From the NCBI GenBank assembly GCA_951406725.2, contig OX597814.1:219294001-219358000 (forward strand): a stretch of DNA of 64,000 nt, in the 5' to 3' direction. Numbering within the stretch: the first letter of the stretch is position 1; each line of letters opens with the position of its first letter. Position numbers and translations under genes: made by a program. The DNA comes from Octopus vulgaris (taxonomy: Eukaryota). This document shows, in pieces, positions 39,431 through 52,446 of this stretch. The notes under the pieces are model-generated. The model had not been told where the DNA came from. It ran no database searches and saw only the letters and a program-made list of their open reading frames with translations.

Positions 39431-40470
39431 TATCCAATAAATAAATTATAAATAAAATCATTTTTAGCATGCAAATAATTAACTCCATGTTTGAAAATTT
39501 TTAAATGGGGAAAATTGACTGTTAAAATATTTGAATTTGGGTCATTTGCTTTTCTGAACAGCCCTACAACATGATTCAGTACTGCTCATAGAGATAAAAT
39601 AAAAATAAAAAAATTTATTAAATAATCTTGTTATTAAAATAATTTATTCAGAAATGGAGTTTAAAAAACCTTACTACAAAATAAAATTGAGCAAAAAAAT
39701 TCATTTTTTAAACAAAATAATTTCGACTAATATAAATAAATTGTTGTTGTGTGTGCGCCTAAGAAATAGTTTGGTTAATAGGTGAGTAGTGAGCATAAAT
39801 ACAGATTTCTGTCCCCCACCCCGATTTTGGATGATCATATCTTTCAGAAAAATGGATATTTTTTAATGAAATTTTCTACCAATGTGTTACATCATGTAAA
39901 TTCCGAATACACAAAATTTGTTTTGGGAAAGTGTTTTAGGAGGGGGTTGGTTGGGGAATTTCGGAAAATTCCCCAGAGTCCACTTCAATTCGTCTTAACT
40001 TTCAAGAAAATGGATATTTTTTTTATGAAATCCTCTACAAATATACCTCGGACTATTTAGATTCTGAGGACATAGGAATTTTGGGGGGGAAACAATTGGG
40101 GGTTATATTTTAGAACTGTTTCCCACTCAGGGTTGTTTCGGAACAAGTCGTCCATATTTGTTTCATTTTCTCCGTTTTTTTGTGCGTTTGTACATCCGTA
40201 GATTTCTACTGAAGCAACAAACAGGCAAATGAAGCCCTCACCAGAAAACTCGTTATGCTAAAAATAACAGCTAAAGGTCTGGTACACAGAAATATGTTAT
40301 TGAGACGACTTATCTGTTGTATACGATTTTTCTTTTCACCAGGTAAACGTTTCTAGAAGCCAAAATCAGGAATATACACGCACAGTTAAATATACAAGTG
40401 TAAAGTATAATTCGTTACATAATCTCTATAATAAACATTGAATGGAATAATTCCCCGTTTGAACTTTTAA

Positions 40471-40535
<65 letters not shown>

Positions 40536-40863
40536 AAATTATCTAAATTCATGGGGGAGGGGAGAATCTGTAGTTATGCCTGAGTAGTGTCCCTTTATTA
40601 TCACCCAAAAATTGATAAAAATTTGAGAATTAAATGTCTTTTTTTTTTGCTCTTGGATAAAATTTTACAAAACCTTTGCCAATGTATTCCTTTAACATTT
40701 CTCTTTCATTTATAAGAATTCTTAATCAAAATTTAAATAATGGTGTGGATTCAAATTGTCGATGTAAGGCGTTACTACCCGTCGGTCAACCAGTTTGGTC
40801 TATACATTTTTTCCTCTTAACTTTTGTTCTACTGCACCAGATTTTAAGTATTTTATGTCTAAA

Positions 40864-41257
40864 CTTGCAGTATCGCCCGGCGTTGCTCGGGTTTGTAAGG
40901 GAAATAACTATATAAGCATTTTTAGAGATGTAAAGTATAATAGCCATCTCAATATGGCTAACCACAAAGGTGGGTAGGGTGTTACTGTTACGTTCTGAGA
41001 TTTAATAATAAATTTTTAGAGGGTTACTTCCCTTATATATGCCAAAAATGCATTAAAATGGGAAAAATTGATGGTAAATTATTTTTTAAATTCGTAGACT
41101 TATCGTAGACGCGCGCTAATACCCAGAAGGGCTCGATGTGAATCACGACTATAAGATACCTGGTTTTGGTTAAACTGCACCGCAAAATGTGGGAGTAGTT
41201 AGGAATCTAAATCGTAGGAGACAGACACTCACACAACTTCACTTCTATATATAAAGA
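40864..41257 (-). mobile_element. Non-autonomous Helitron (same subfamily as 34320)
   Basis: Shares GATGTAAAGTATAATAGCCATCTCAATATGGCTAACCACAAAGG with the copy at 34320. Confidence 0.88.
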
Positions 41258-41770
41258 CTAGCAGTATCGCCCGGCGTTGCTCGGGTTTGTAAGGGAAATA
41301 ACTATATAAGCATTTTTAGAGAGTTACTTCCCTTATAGATGCCAATTCGGGCTTTCTTAGCCATTTCTGTTTTGGTGTCTTCAAGCCATGAAGTCGTTGT
41401 TCTAAAAGAACGCTGGTCTCCTTGACAACGCATTACGACGTTGATTTCCTTACACTCCCTTCTCCACAGCTTCACGAGGGAGGGAAGAAGGGGGAGAAGC
41501 AAACAGGTGCAGGTGTGACCATGGACGCCAACTCCGCCGCCATCGACACACGAAAAATTATGCATTAAAATGGAATAAAAAATGATGTTAAATTTTTTTT
41601 TAAATCGTAGACTCATCGTAGACGCGCGCTAATAACCAGACGGGCTTGATATTAATCACGACTATAAGATGCCCGAATTTGGTTAAACTGCACCGCAAAA
41701 TGTGGGAGTAGTTAGGAATCTAAATCGAAGGAGACAGACACTCACACAACTACAGTTTTATATATATAGA
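41258..41770 (-). mobile_element. Non-autonomous Helitron (same subfamily as 37037), abutting the previous copy
   Basis: CTAG at 41258-41261 directly follows the GA (minus-strand TC) of the previous element. Confidence 0.9.
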
Positions 41771-41939
41771 TATAAAGATGTAGCTTATCACTAGTCCAAT
41801 ATAATTAAAAAAACTAAATTTGATTTCGATTAAAACTGAATTGGAAGACACCGACTGCGACAAAAAAAGCAACGTTAAGAATATTATTCAACTGCTACCG
41901 TAGTTGAATGATATGATGGAATTTTTTTTTATTTTTTTT

Positions 41940-42211
41940 ATGCACCCTTTTCAAGCCTAGCTAGGCTCATGGGCTCGGTCTCCATGGCGTATGTGTGCCC
42001 CCTCCCCTGGACGGGACGCAAGTCCATCGCAAGGTTACTCATGAAACAGGAAGAAAGAGTGAGAGAAAGTTGGGTGCGAAAGAGTACAATAGGGGTCGCC
42101 ACCGGAGCCTCGTGGAGCTCAATAAACACACACAACGCCCGGTCTGGGAATCGAAACCGCGATCCTCCCACCGCGAGTCTGCTGCTCTATCCACTGGGCC
42201 ATTGCGCATCC
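41940..42211 (-). mobile_element. Chimeric SINE: family C head and body with a family D tail
   Basis: 42040-42211 matches family C; 41940-42040 matches 25402-25510. Confidence 0.8.
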
Positions 42212-42228
42212 ATGATGGAATATATTTT

Positions 42229-42437
42229 GGAGCTGGCAGAACCGTTAGCACGCCGGGCGAAATGCGTAGCCGTATTTCGTCTGCCGTTACGTTCTGAGTT
42301 CAAATTCCGCCGAGGTCGACTTTGCCTTTCATCCTTTCGGGGTCGATTAAATAAGTACCAGTTACGCACTGGTATAATCGACTTAATCCGTTTGTCTGTC
42401 CTCTCTGTGTTTAGCCCCTTGTGGGTAGTAAAGAAAT
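42229..42437 (+). mobile_element. SINE family B
   Basis: GAGCTGGCAGAACCGTTAGCACGCCGGGCG...GTGGGTAGTAAAGAAATA. Confidence 0.9.
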
Positions 42438-42909
42438 AATAAATAAATGCTTTGCGTATGTAATTTGCTTGAACTATTAATTTAAGCTTGAAATTCGAAA
42501 AAACTTTTGATTCAACTAGATACACATCTAGCGAAAAAAACAGTAGCGGAGGGCTTGTGTACCCACATTCGTGTTAATTGCTTTTATAGACTGGTCCTTC
42601 AGATATGAAACTGGATCCATAAAGATAATTATAATTCGATAAAATATTCATGTTTTTAATTTTGGGGCTCTTCATTACATTTATTACAGGCCTTCCATCC
42701 GCTTGACCCAGCGCTGGTAGTGAGCTATTAAAAATGGTTGGGTACCAGATTAAATTTATTATCAGTTCTGAGCTGAAATCTGGCAGGAATTTATTCTTCT
42801 TTGCCCCAGTCTCAAAGCTTCCACATCCGAACAATGATAAAAGCCTATCTGTGATGTTTCTCCCACGCAAGTCAAATTCATGACACGAATCAGAACCTCA
42901 GCCGTCATT

Positions 42910-43790
42910 TCACTTTATGTTTGCTATTTGAAAAGTTATATGACAACTTACTTCTTTTAAGATATGATTAAACATTTTTTCACGCTGAGAGTTGCTGAAG
43001 CATGGAACAAACTGCCGGTATCGGTTATTAGTTGTCGGAGCACTGCATCCTTCAAAACTTCCATGCTTCCTGAGATTCGCCAACACTACACTTGATTTTC
43101 TCCCCTCCATACACACACAAGCATGTATCTGACTCATACATTGTTCGCTTTCCAGACATTTCTACATTACTGCATGTACTTTATACGCACTTTCTGACAA
43201 GTTGTGGTGCACCTGAGCACTGTATACAATAATTTCATTATTATATTATTATTATTATTATTTATGAGTGTCATTGGATAAGTAATATTTTTCTCGAGAA
43301 GAGTTGCATATGAACCAGATTTGATTTTCAACTGTAGACATTTCCGTTCATTTACGCTGCTTGTACATCTTTCTTATAAAATATAATTATATGACATTCG
43401 TCTCGTTTGGAGGCGTGACCATAGTTCACCGAGAACCTTATCTCTAATTCGTAACACATTAATTAAATGGGACTGACTCCTTTTGCAAGCAAACTTCTCA
43501 ACGATGGTAATCGAAAAGTTTCTTATAAATGTCACCACAAAATAATGGGTTTTCTCCAATTTGCCTTTTGGAACTACCTCATATGGAACTACCTCATTTT
43601 TTCACGCTCAGAGTTGCTGAAGCATGGAATAAACTGCCTGCGTCAGTTGTTGACTGCCATGACACTGCATCCTTTAAGGCCCTCATGCTTTCCGAAATCC
43701 GCCGAAACTACACCTGATTATATATACACTTTAGATGAGTTGTAGTGCACCTGAGCACTGTACACAATTATTATTATTATTATATATTAA
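42910..43790 (+). mobile_element. Two 3' ends of a CR1/L2-group LINE
   Basis: FFTLRVAEAWNKLP occurs twice (~42975, ~43597), each followed by the tail GTGCACCTGAGCACTGTA and (ATT)n. Confidence 0.8.
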
Positions 43791-43859
43791 TTAATTATAT
43801 TACGGAGATGTACTTGCATAGCAAGTGACCTAATCTGAGATCGTGTGCTGGAACGAAAG

Positions 43860-44113
43860 CAATTGCAGCGTGTAAGGTGTTTATAAGCCATTTAAGAAAC
43901 ACACAAAAACCGTTCGATTCACTTCAACATTTAAATTTAATTTGTCAAAGTATTTTCGTCGCTTTGAGACCGCGACCTCTTCACTGACAAAACTTCGTGC
44001 TGCATCAAAGCGACGAAAATATTTTGAAAAATTAAATTTAAATGTTGAAGTGAATCTAACGGGTTTTTTTGTGTTTCTTAAATGGCTTATAAACACCTTC
44101 CACGCTGCAATTG
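43860..44113. repeat. Fold-back element with 108-bp arms enclosing a hammerhead-like motif (43941-43991, minus)
   Basis: Arms at 43860-43967 and 44005-44113. Minus strand: UUUGUCA GUGAAGA G GUCGC...GCGAC GAAA AUAC UU UGACAAA. Confidence 0.8.
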
Positions 44114-44629
44114 TTTAATTAATTATACGATAGAAAAATAAAAGCGACGAATTCGCCCTTATCTCTTTGGTATCCGTCAGAACAGCCAAATTTACATCTA
44201 AAAAGTTTTTCTTTTTTCTTTTTTTCCGTTATTTTGAGAACCGTGCAGTTGATCAATACAATAGTAGGGTGTCCACATTACTGTGATTAGCCAATGCTGT
44301 TTAAGTCACATATCAACCCTGGTCGTGTTTCAACCAATGGTTAGAGGTGTTTGCCAGTTTTCTTTTTTAAGTATAGTATATCCAGAAGTATAGTATATCC
44401 ATATAATATACCTACTTTTCTTTTCTTTAATTGAAACGGCAGAATACAAGTCGAAGGTAGTTTGGACTTGAAGGTAAAAGCAAATGGGAAGAGCAACGGT
44501 TCTTGAAAGCTGTATCGAGTTTTATTAAAAATACAATTTAAGCCTTTTTAGAATCCATTGCAATAATTGGGCGTCTTGAAAAAACAGGTTATTCATAATT
44601 TTGGTTGACACGAGTGTAATTATTTAAAA

Positions 44630-45028
44630 GTGGAGGCGCAATGGCCCAGTGGTTAGGGCAGCGGACTCGCGGTCGTAGGATCGCGGTTTCGATTCCCAGA
44701 CCGGGCGTTGTGAGTGTTTATTGAGCGAAAACACCTAAAGCTCCACGAGGCTCCGGCAGGGGATGGTGGTGATCCCTGCTGTACTCTTTCACCACAACTT
44801 TCTCTCACTCTTACTTACTGTTTCTGTTGTACCTGTATTTCAAAGGGCCGGCCTTGTCACACTCTGTGTCACGCTGAATATCCCCGAGAACTACGTTAAG
44901 GGTACACGTGTCTGTGGAGTGCTCAGCCACTTACACGTTAATTTCACGAGCAGGCTATTCCGTTGATCGGATCAACCCGAACCCTCGTCGTCGTAACCGA
45001 CGGAGTGCTTCCAAAAAAAAAAAAAAAA
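44630..45028 (+). mobile_element. SINE family C with poly(A) and a 12-bp TSD
   Basis: TSD AATTATTTAAAA at 44618-44629 and 45027-45038. Confidence 0.93.
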
Positions 45029-45529
45029 TTATTTAAAAAAAAGACGATCAATAGCTTTCTTCGTTTGTTTGTTTTTTTTTCTAATTCTCTAACTTCAAAG
45101 AAAAGTTATTTTTCCTTTTCTTTCTTACTTTTTTTCTGCTTTCCATTCCAAGTGCGTCAGTAATGTTTAGTTTTTATTTTGTTTTTGTAATTTTTTTTTC
45201 TTTAGTGCTCTGGTAATTTTTGTATCTGTTTGCCAATATGCCACGAGATTGAGAACCAAAAACTAAGTTCCCGCGTTGGCTTATTACAGATTGATTTCGT
45301 TACCAGTCAGCAGTAATATTTTAATCAACCAGTCCTCGTTCAGCGTATCTTTCAAACATTTATGAAAAAAATCCTTGTGATTTTTATATTTCTAAAATGC
45401 TTGGAATTTTTCAAGACAAAAAAATCATTTTCAAGGGAGTTAACTGTAGTAGGAACCCATTTGGAGTTACTTCCTTTAGTCACAAGAAACCTCTGAAGCG
45501 ATTTTTTCTTTTTACTATCCACAGTAAAC

Positions 45530-45640
45530 TAGTGAACTTCCTGTCACCTGATTACTAGCAAAGATGGCCAGCGCCTGTTACATACGGTAGTGGACTGTTG
45601 TGGTTTTGTTTACGTTTAAATGCTGTTTATGGTAACACAC
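45530..45640 (+). promoter_or_regulatory. Candidate TATA-less promoter of the Rab gene
   Basis: ACTTCCTGT (ETS-like, 45536), AAGATGGC (YY1-like, 45561) and GTTTATGGTAAC (RFX X-box-like, 45625) in a repeat-free, CpG-retaining stretch 170-270 bp before the ATG. Confidence 0.5.
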
Positions 45641-45806
45641 CAATGGTGACCTCCCTATGTAGGGATCTACCTATTCGCAGTGCGGTGCTCCGCGTTACGT
45701 GTAAAGCCTAGCACAGAGACTACGTACCGTGAAACTTGTTATAAAAGACGAAACACGCCCTGCAGGAAGAGAACTCCAAACAAAGAATAAATCCAAGGCT
45801 CTTCAG

Positions 45807-46433
45807 ATGGCTTTGAGAGACGTAAAGATTTGTCTGCTCGGTGACAGTGGAGTCGGAAAGACAAGCATTGTCTGGCGTTTTGTGACAAACACTTTCCGCG
45901 AGAATCCAGGCAGCACAATTGGCGCTTCTTTCATGGTGAAAAATCTAGTGTTGGACAGCAAAACATTCCGATTCCAAATCTGGGATACAGCAGGACAAGA
46001 GAAATACCATGCTTTAGCACCCATGTACTTTCGCGGTGCAGCTGCTGCTATTGTGGTGTATGATATTACGAAGGAATCGTCCTACAGATCTGCAAAGGAG
46101 TGGGTGAAAAGATTACGGAAACATGGTGTCACCGACGCAGTTATTGCTCTTGCAGGAAATAAATGTGATGCCGAGGATCTTCGAGAGGTGTCTGCTAAAG
46201 ATGCCCAAGCTTACGCTGACTCTATACAGGCTATTTTCGTGGAAACTAGTGCCTTGGTTGCTGTAAATATTCCCGAATTGTTCACCTCCATTGCTCAAAG
46301 ACTGCCACCAATCAACGACAATTCTGTAGATAATGACAACACCGTGAATATGACCAGTCGAACCTCGACTAAATCTTGTTGTTTCTCTTCCTCCGGCTCG
46401 TCGACGGCCAAAAACGTGGGTACTAATCAATGA
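45807..46433 (+). CDS. RAB22A: Rab22/Rab31-family small GTPase, single-exon CDS, 208 aa
   Basis: MALRDVKICLLGDSGVGKTSIVWRFV, TIGASF, IWDTAGQE, LAPMYFRG, AGNKCD and YADSIQAIFVETSA closely parallel vertebrate Rab22A. Confidence 0.93.
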   Translation: MALRDVKICLLGDSGVGKTSIVWRFVTNTFRENPGSTIGASFMVKNLVLDSKTFRFQIWDTAGQEKYHALAPMYFRGAAAAIVVYDITKESSYRSAKEWVKRLRKHGVTDAVIALAGNKCDAEDLREVSAKDAQAYADSIQAIFVETSALVAVNIPELFTSIAQRLPPINDNSVDNDNTVNMTSRTSTKSCCFSSSGSSTAKNVGTNQ

Positions 46434-47396
46434 CAACCTGCAATATATTCCATACGCTAATTGTTTTCTATTCTCCAGTTGATATATATTATATATATTT
46501 TATTTCTTCTCATTAATTGAAATATTATAATTGATTATAACAATAACAACAATAATAGTTTATTTATTGTTACTAATACTATTCATCCAGCTTATTATTT
46601 AATGATATTACTTAATATAATGCTATCGTTCCGGCCAGTTTAATTCACCACTGAAAATGTTTAATTAACTTCGCATGTGCGTGTGTGTTCATAATAATAA
46701 TCCACCCTGCTTCGTCGGTGGGTGTGGCGAGCGAAATCTTTAAAAGTGTAAACACAAAATGAAACGTAACGACCTACCTAATGTTGTATATATATATATA
46801 TATATATCAACAGTTTGTTGAGCTACACAAAAATTTAACAACTGTAAAGACCTGTTACTACTAAAATACGTTTCTCTCACATGCTTTGTCACCCTTCAAA
46901 GAAATATACAATTCTTTACACTCTGTTAATCTTGTTTTAAATTAACATTTAAATGGAAATCTTTGATAACTTTTTAGCAAAGATTTTGTGTACCTAATGG
47001 AGTTTTTGTTATTTAATGTGCTCTAAATTTAACTTCCACCATCAAATTCGTGTCTTTATTATTATTTATATATGTATATATATATATCTATTTGTGTATT
47101 TCATTTTAGATTTTATCACTTTCATTTGCATAAACGTGCTAGTATTTTTTTACACACCTGAAGACCTCTGCTTTTATTTCTCTATATCATCTCGAACATT
47201 TTCCCATATAAATATTCGTTGCAATGTATATTGCCGGATTTTAAATCGTGTTCTTTTAAACTTTTAAGCTGTACCCTCTTAAAGTGATAACAAAAAGTAA
47301 GATATCGCTACATGATATGACGATAGCGACATTTTGATAAGACTGTCGATTGAGAGACAGGTCAATGTTACTACGAGTACACACATTTTATGTGTG

Positions 47397-47429
<33 letters not shown>

Positions 47430-49049
47430 AGGTATATATATGTGTGTGTGTATGTATACGCACATACACACACACACACACATATATATATATTGTATGT
47501 GTTTACGCGCGCACACTTTTATAAATCCATTTAATGCTGTCATTTACACCTTTCTTTTTGTTGTTGTCTTTGAAACTGTTATAAGTAATTCGGGTTGAAG
47601 ACTCTTGGCAATTTTTTTTATATGCAGACAGCATCGTTCCCACAACAAAATCCTAATTGGATGGTCTGTGATGTGTAAGAATTATTTTGGAAATTTCACA
47701 TATCGTTATATTAATTGAACATGAAAGAAAACTGATCGTTGTAGTTGTAGCTTTAAAAATTCGATAACACCGGGGAAAATTGTCCTGAAAGAGTGAGGAT
47801 TATTGGAAACTCCATATTATGTTAGTAGTACAAAAAAACGGCTGCATTTTTGTTGTAGAATTTCAGTAATCACCTGGTCTTAACTGAGTGAATAATCAGG
47901 GACTGAAAGCTATCAACCTCATAAGACGGTTTGCTAGGAATAGTCTAACCTATGTTGTCTAGGTCTGGTCTTCTCAAACTGACAAATACTGTCCTCACTC
48001 AAACATTGAATATGAGGGACATATTCTGACACTCTCTACCCATCCTTTATTAATGACAAGTCAAATTAGATTTTGTATCTGTGTAATTCTTCTGTCTTCA
48101 ACATGATGTTTGGCAAGGTTACAAAACTGGAATCTCTCTTAAATCTGACAATCTTTCTGCTGTTTTTCAATCGTCACAGTCTCCATTAGGGCCCCTTCTC
48201 TTTTCCTAATTGAAAACACTGGCTAAGGTGAATTAATTAGCACTAGGGAGGGGAGGGTACCAGTGTTTCCGGGAATCACTAGCTTTATTAATGATTTCAA
48301 TGCGACAAAGGAACTCAAGGGAGCAGGGAAGATTTGAAAAGAAGGAGCTGATGGTGGTTCGTAGGATATGAAACATGGAATTCAGGGTTGTGTGCATAGT
48401 TTTTTTTAACTCCTCCCGACCTGATGCATAAGAATGAATAAGTGGATAAAGTTGGACAAGTTTCATTTAAAATGACGCTAGTAAAAGGAAAGAGAAGCGG
48501 ATCTCTCTGCTAAGACGGTTGATGGGAAGAGACTACTCAACGATGCAATGAATTTGATATGACTTTGAGTATACGTACTGTGTGTGTGTAGTGTATTTGC
48601 ATGGACATAGGTCTTGGTGAAGATATTTATGTCAGGTTGTATTCCAGATCCATCTGTTCATCTTTTTCTTTGAAACTGTTTTAGAGTAATTCTATATTTG
48701 ATACTTTCAGTAACCTTTTGTATGAAGATAATGTAGTTCCCAGTACAGAATCACAATATGTTCTGTGAGAATTGTGTTGAAAATATTTACTTTTGGATAT
48801 CTTCTAGTGAACATAAAGACAACTATTCTTTATAGTAAGAATCCTATAAAAATTCTAATTAGAGTAGAAAACAGTTCCAAAAGTAGGATATGAAGATGTG
48901 AGGGAGAAGGCATATTATTAAATCTGTTGTTGAATTCATCATTCCATATAATTGAGTTGAAATGGATAAGTTGTGACTAGGCTAATCATGTGCAAACCAT
49001 CTGTTACAAAAGTATTGTATCATGCACAATGGTGAGCTACACTGCTTTC

Positions 49050-49081
<32 letters not shown>

Positions 49082-49137
49082 ATGTTGTGTCTTGTGTGTA
49101 TTTATGTATATTTGTAATATACATATGAAAATACATA

Positions 49138-49290
49138 GGTGCAGGCATGGCTGTGTAGTTAAGAAGTTTACTTCCCAATCACATGTTTTGGGTTCAATCC
49201 TACTACATGGTACCTTGAGCAAGTGTCTTCTACTACAGCCCTAGTCTAATTCAAAGGTTTGTGAGTGGGTTTAGTTGGCTGAAACAGAAA
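49138..49290 (+). mobile_element. SINE family A head, old and CpG-decayed
   Basis: GGTGCAGGCATGGCTGTGTAG...GGTTCAATCC...CCTTGAGCAAGTGTCTTCTAC. Confidence 0.75.
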
Positions 49291-49797
49291 GAAAACTGTA
49301 ATGTGTGTGTGCTTTTGTGTTTTCTTATTTTGACATCATGCAGTTATAGTATGTGATACAAGTGATGCTGTTTGCTGTCAATCTTTACTTCAAATATGAG
49401 TGGCTCTGGGGGAAATATTATCTGCCATAGAAATAGGATTGACAACAAGAAGGTCAACCAACTGATCGTGGAAAATCTTTTTCAGTAAATTCCTTCTGAC
49501 CCAGGTGAACGTGGAAAAGGAAAAATGGTTGTTAAAACAATGATGATGACATACATTGAATCTGTATATTTATAGAAAGACAAAGACAGCTGTTGGAACA
49601 ACAAGCAAGTGTTTAAATTTGACACTCGGGGGTGGGTGGAAAAAATGGAATAGTCTTTTGTTTCAGCCGATGCTCTTTGACAGAAAGGAATAAGAGGAAA
49701 CAAATAGAGAGAGAATGAAAAAAAATATGTCAAGTTCAATGGTCCAACATCATCATCATGTGTCTGTGTATACACATGTATGTATACATATACAGAC

Positions 49798-51232
49798 ACA
49801 AAAGCACCCACTACACTCACAGAGTGGTTGGCGTTAGGAAGGGCATCCAGCTGTAGAAACACTGCCAGATCAGACTGGGCCTGATGCAGCCTTCTGGCTT
49901 CACAGACCCCAGTTGAACCGTCCAACCCATGCTAGCATGGAAAACGGACGCTAAATGATGATGATATACACATATGCATGTCATATATATATATGTGTGT
50001 GTGTCTATATCATCTTCGGCATTTAACATCTACTCTCCATGTTGGCATGGGGTAAACAGTTTGACTGGCACTGGTAAGCCGGAGAGCTGCACCAGGTTCC
50101 ACTAATCTGATTTGACTTGGTTTCTACAGCAGAATGTCCTTCCTGATGCCAACCATTTCAAGAGTGTAATGGATGCCATTTACAGGACACCAGCAACAGC
50201 CACAGCCATGGTTTCACAGGTGCCATTTACATAACACTGGCAATGGCCACGATTACGCGATCATCCTTTAACATCTGTCTTCCATGCTGGCATGAGTTTG
50301 ATTGGTTTGACAGGAGCTGGTGAGCCAAGGGACTGTGCTCTGCTCACTGTCTGCTTTGGCATGGTTTTTACAGCTGGATGGCCCTTCCTAATGCCAACCA
50401 CTTGACAGAGTGGACTGGCTGCTTTTTATGTGGCACCAGCACTGACAGGGTCACCAAATAACAAGCAAGACAAAGACATCTCGACTGAGAAAGGAAGTGG
50501 TATTGAGTGGGGTGGCTTTGTGTCCGTTAGTGAGAGGCTGGGGTATAAATGGAGGAACAGAAGTGGGTGTCTTGCTGTAGAAGGGATACAGGGTTAGTCC
50601 AGTCAGAGGGAGAGAGTAAGAGATAAGGGTGATGTAGCAGGGCAAAGTCTCAAGGTACAAGCAGGTGAATACGAATGGAATGCTAGAGGATTGCCCCGGG
50701 TGCATGATAGAGAGTTTGTGAAAGTGTAAAGGAGGTGGGGGGGAAGGAAAGTAGGGAATGCAGTGAGTGGTGGAAAATGGGTATATAGTGGGGTTGATAG
50801 GGATAGCAATAATACACTTGGAAGAGGGAGGACAGGAGAGTGATGACAGAGCGGGGTGGGACAGAAAAGCATAGCGCATGAAGAAGAGGTGTAGTTTGGT
50901 TCATTGGGGTAAGGTTTGTGAATTAATGTTATATGCACGTAAAAAGCACCATCTGTTCGTGGCCGTTGCCAGCCTCGCCTGGCCCCCGTGCCGGTGGCAC
51001 GTAAAAAGCACCATCCGTCCGTGGCCATTTGCCAGCTCCATCTGGCACCTGTGCGGGTGGCATGTAAAAAGCAGCCACTACACTCACGGAGTGGTTGGCG
51101 TTAGGAAGGGCATCCAGCCGTAGAAACATTGCCAGATCAGACTGGAGCCTGGTGCAGCCTTCTGGCTTCCCAGACCCCAGTTGAACCGTCCAACCCATGC
51201 TAGCATGGAGAACGGACGTTAAACGATGATGA
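49798..51232. mobile_element. Cluster of SINE family E copies (RTE-type 3' tail)
   Basis: GGCGTTAGGAAGGGCATCCAGC.GTAGAAAC...AACCCATGCTAGCATGG...(GAT)n at 49798-49962 (+) and 50935-51232 (+); decayed minus copies at ~50010-50230 and ~50265-50450. Confidence 0.85.
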
Positions 51233-51999
51233 TGTGGGTGGAACACACAGCACTTCCAGAACTCAGTTTTGCTGAGGTGGATAGGTCTTATCAAGAACCT
51301 CATATTGCCAGACATTTCAGTCCATTGCCATCTTCTCCATCATGTCCAACATCTTGCAATCAGCTCTCACTATGTCTTCCTGGGTCTCCCTCTTCCCCCA
51401 GTACAATTTAAGCGATTGGCATTTCTTTGTACAACTGTCCTCTTCATACACACGACATTGCAGTCTTCTTTCTTGCATTTTACATCTGATTCCTTTTTAT
51501 GCTCAAATTTTCTCTCAGCACATTTGCACTTTGTCATCCATGCACACTGATGTTGCATATCTACCAGAGCATATCAGCGTCATTCCTCTTCAGGGCCCAC
51601 ATCTCAGTACCATAGAGCATATCCAATCATGCACAAGCATTATACAATCTGCCTTTCTCTCAGATTGCATACGAATGTAATTCTTTTTTGCATCAATTGA
51701 TCTCAAAATACTTAAAGTGATAAATCATAGCATGTAAATATGGACTTGTGAAACCCTTTTGGATAGAAATATCAAAGGCAGCCTCCGACTTTTTCTGTCA
51801 AAAGGGATTTTCATCCCAATATTTACATGTTATTATATCTTAATCTGCTTCAAGATCCATTGTTCCAAAAAAGAATTATTCACACTTTCTTGAAAGTTTA
51901 TGAATTCCTATAACATCAGATACACACACACACATATACATACAAATATACTCACATACTTTTTTTTGTTTTAAGATAAGTCTCAAAGATGCTCTGAGA

Positions 52000-52330
52000 C
52001 ATTAATGATGTTTCTGGCATCTTAGGGGATTTGAGGGCCTTCAGTATCAGAGCCCCTCACCCAGTTGACCCAGTCAGAGTTGATCAAGTTCTTGCTTGCA
52101 TTCCACTTTACCCAAAACCACTTTGTATTCTTCTCTGCAACTTCAGTGACGGAATTTATAGCCTTTTTTGCCCTCCTAGTTGCTCCAAGCTCACTCAGAC
52201 ACATATATGTACACATTGGCGGCATCTATAAATATTGCATGTCTGGGAATCTGTACTTAGAAAATTTTTGCTTTTGTCTTTTTGACAGAGCATGGCACAC
52301 ACATTGGATGCACTGATTGCATTTGAACAC
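52000..52330 (-). mobile_element. Possible HERO/NeSL-group non-LTR 3' remnant
   Basis: LSELGATRRAKKAINSVTEVAEKNTKWFWVK resembles the C-terminal LG..G....KA.....EAAE.AS.WLW.KR pattern. Confidence 0.45.
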
Positions 52331-52446
52331 ATTCACTGCCAGTTTTGTCCTGAGGCTGTATTTTCTGTTGATTATGCTTTTCTTCATTAGTAAACCATGG
52401 CACTCCTCTCAACTTTTTATATTCCTGTCTAGTACCAGTCTTCAGT

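Noticed and set aside
44630-44705. tRNA gene
   Set aside because: It is the tRNA-derived head of a multicopy SINE with TSDs and lacks a proper acceptor stem.
45729-45806. GTG-initiated N-terminal extension of the Rab ORF
   Set aside because: The ORF finder used a non-ATG start; homology to Rab22 begins at the ATG at 45807.
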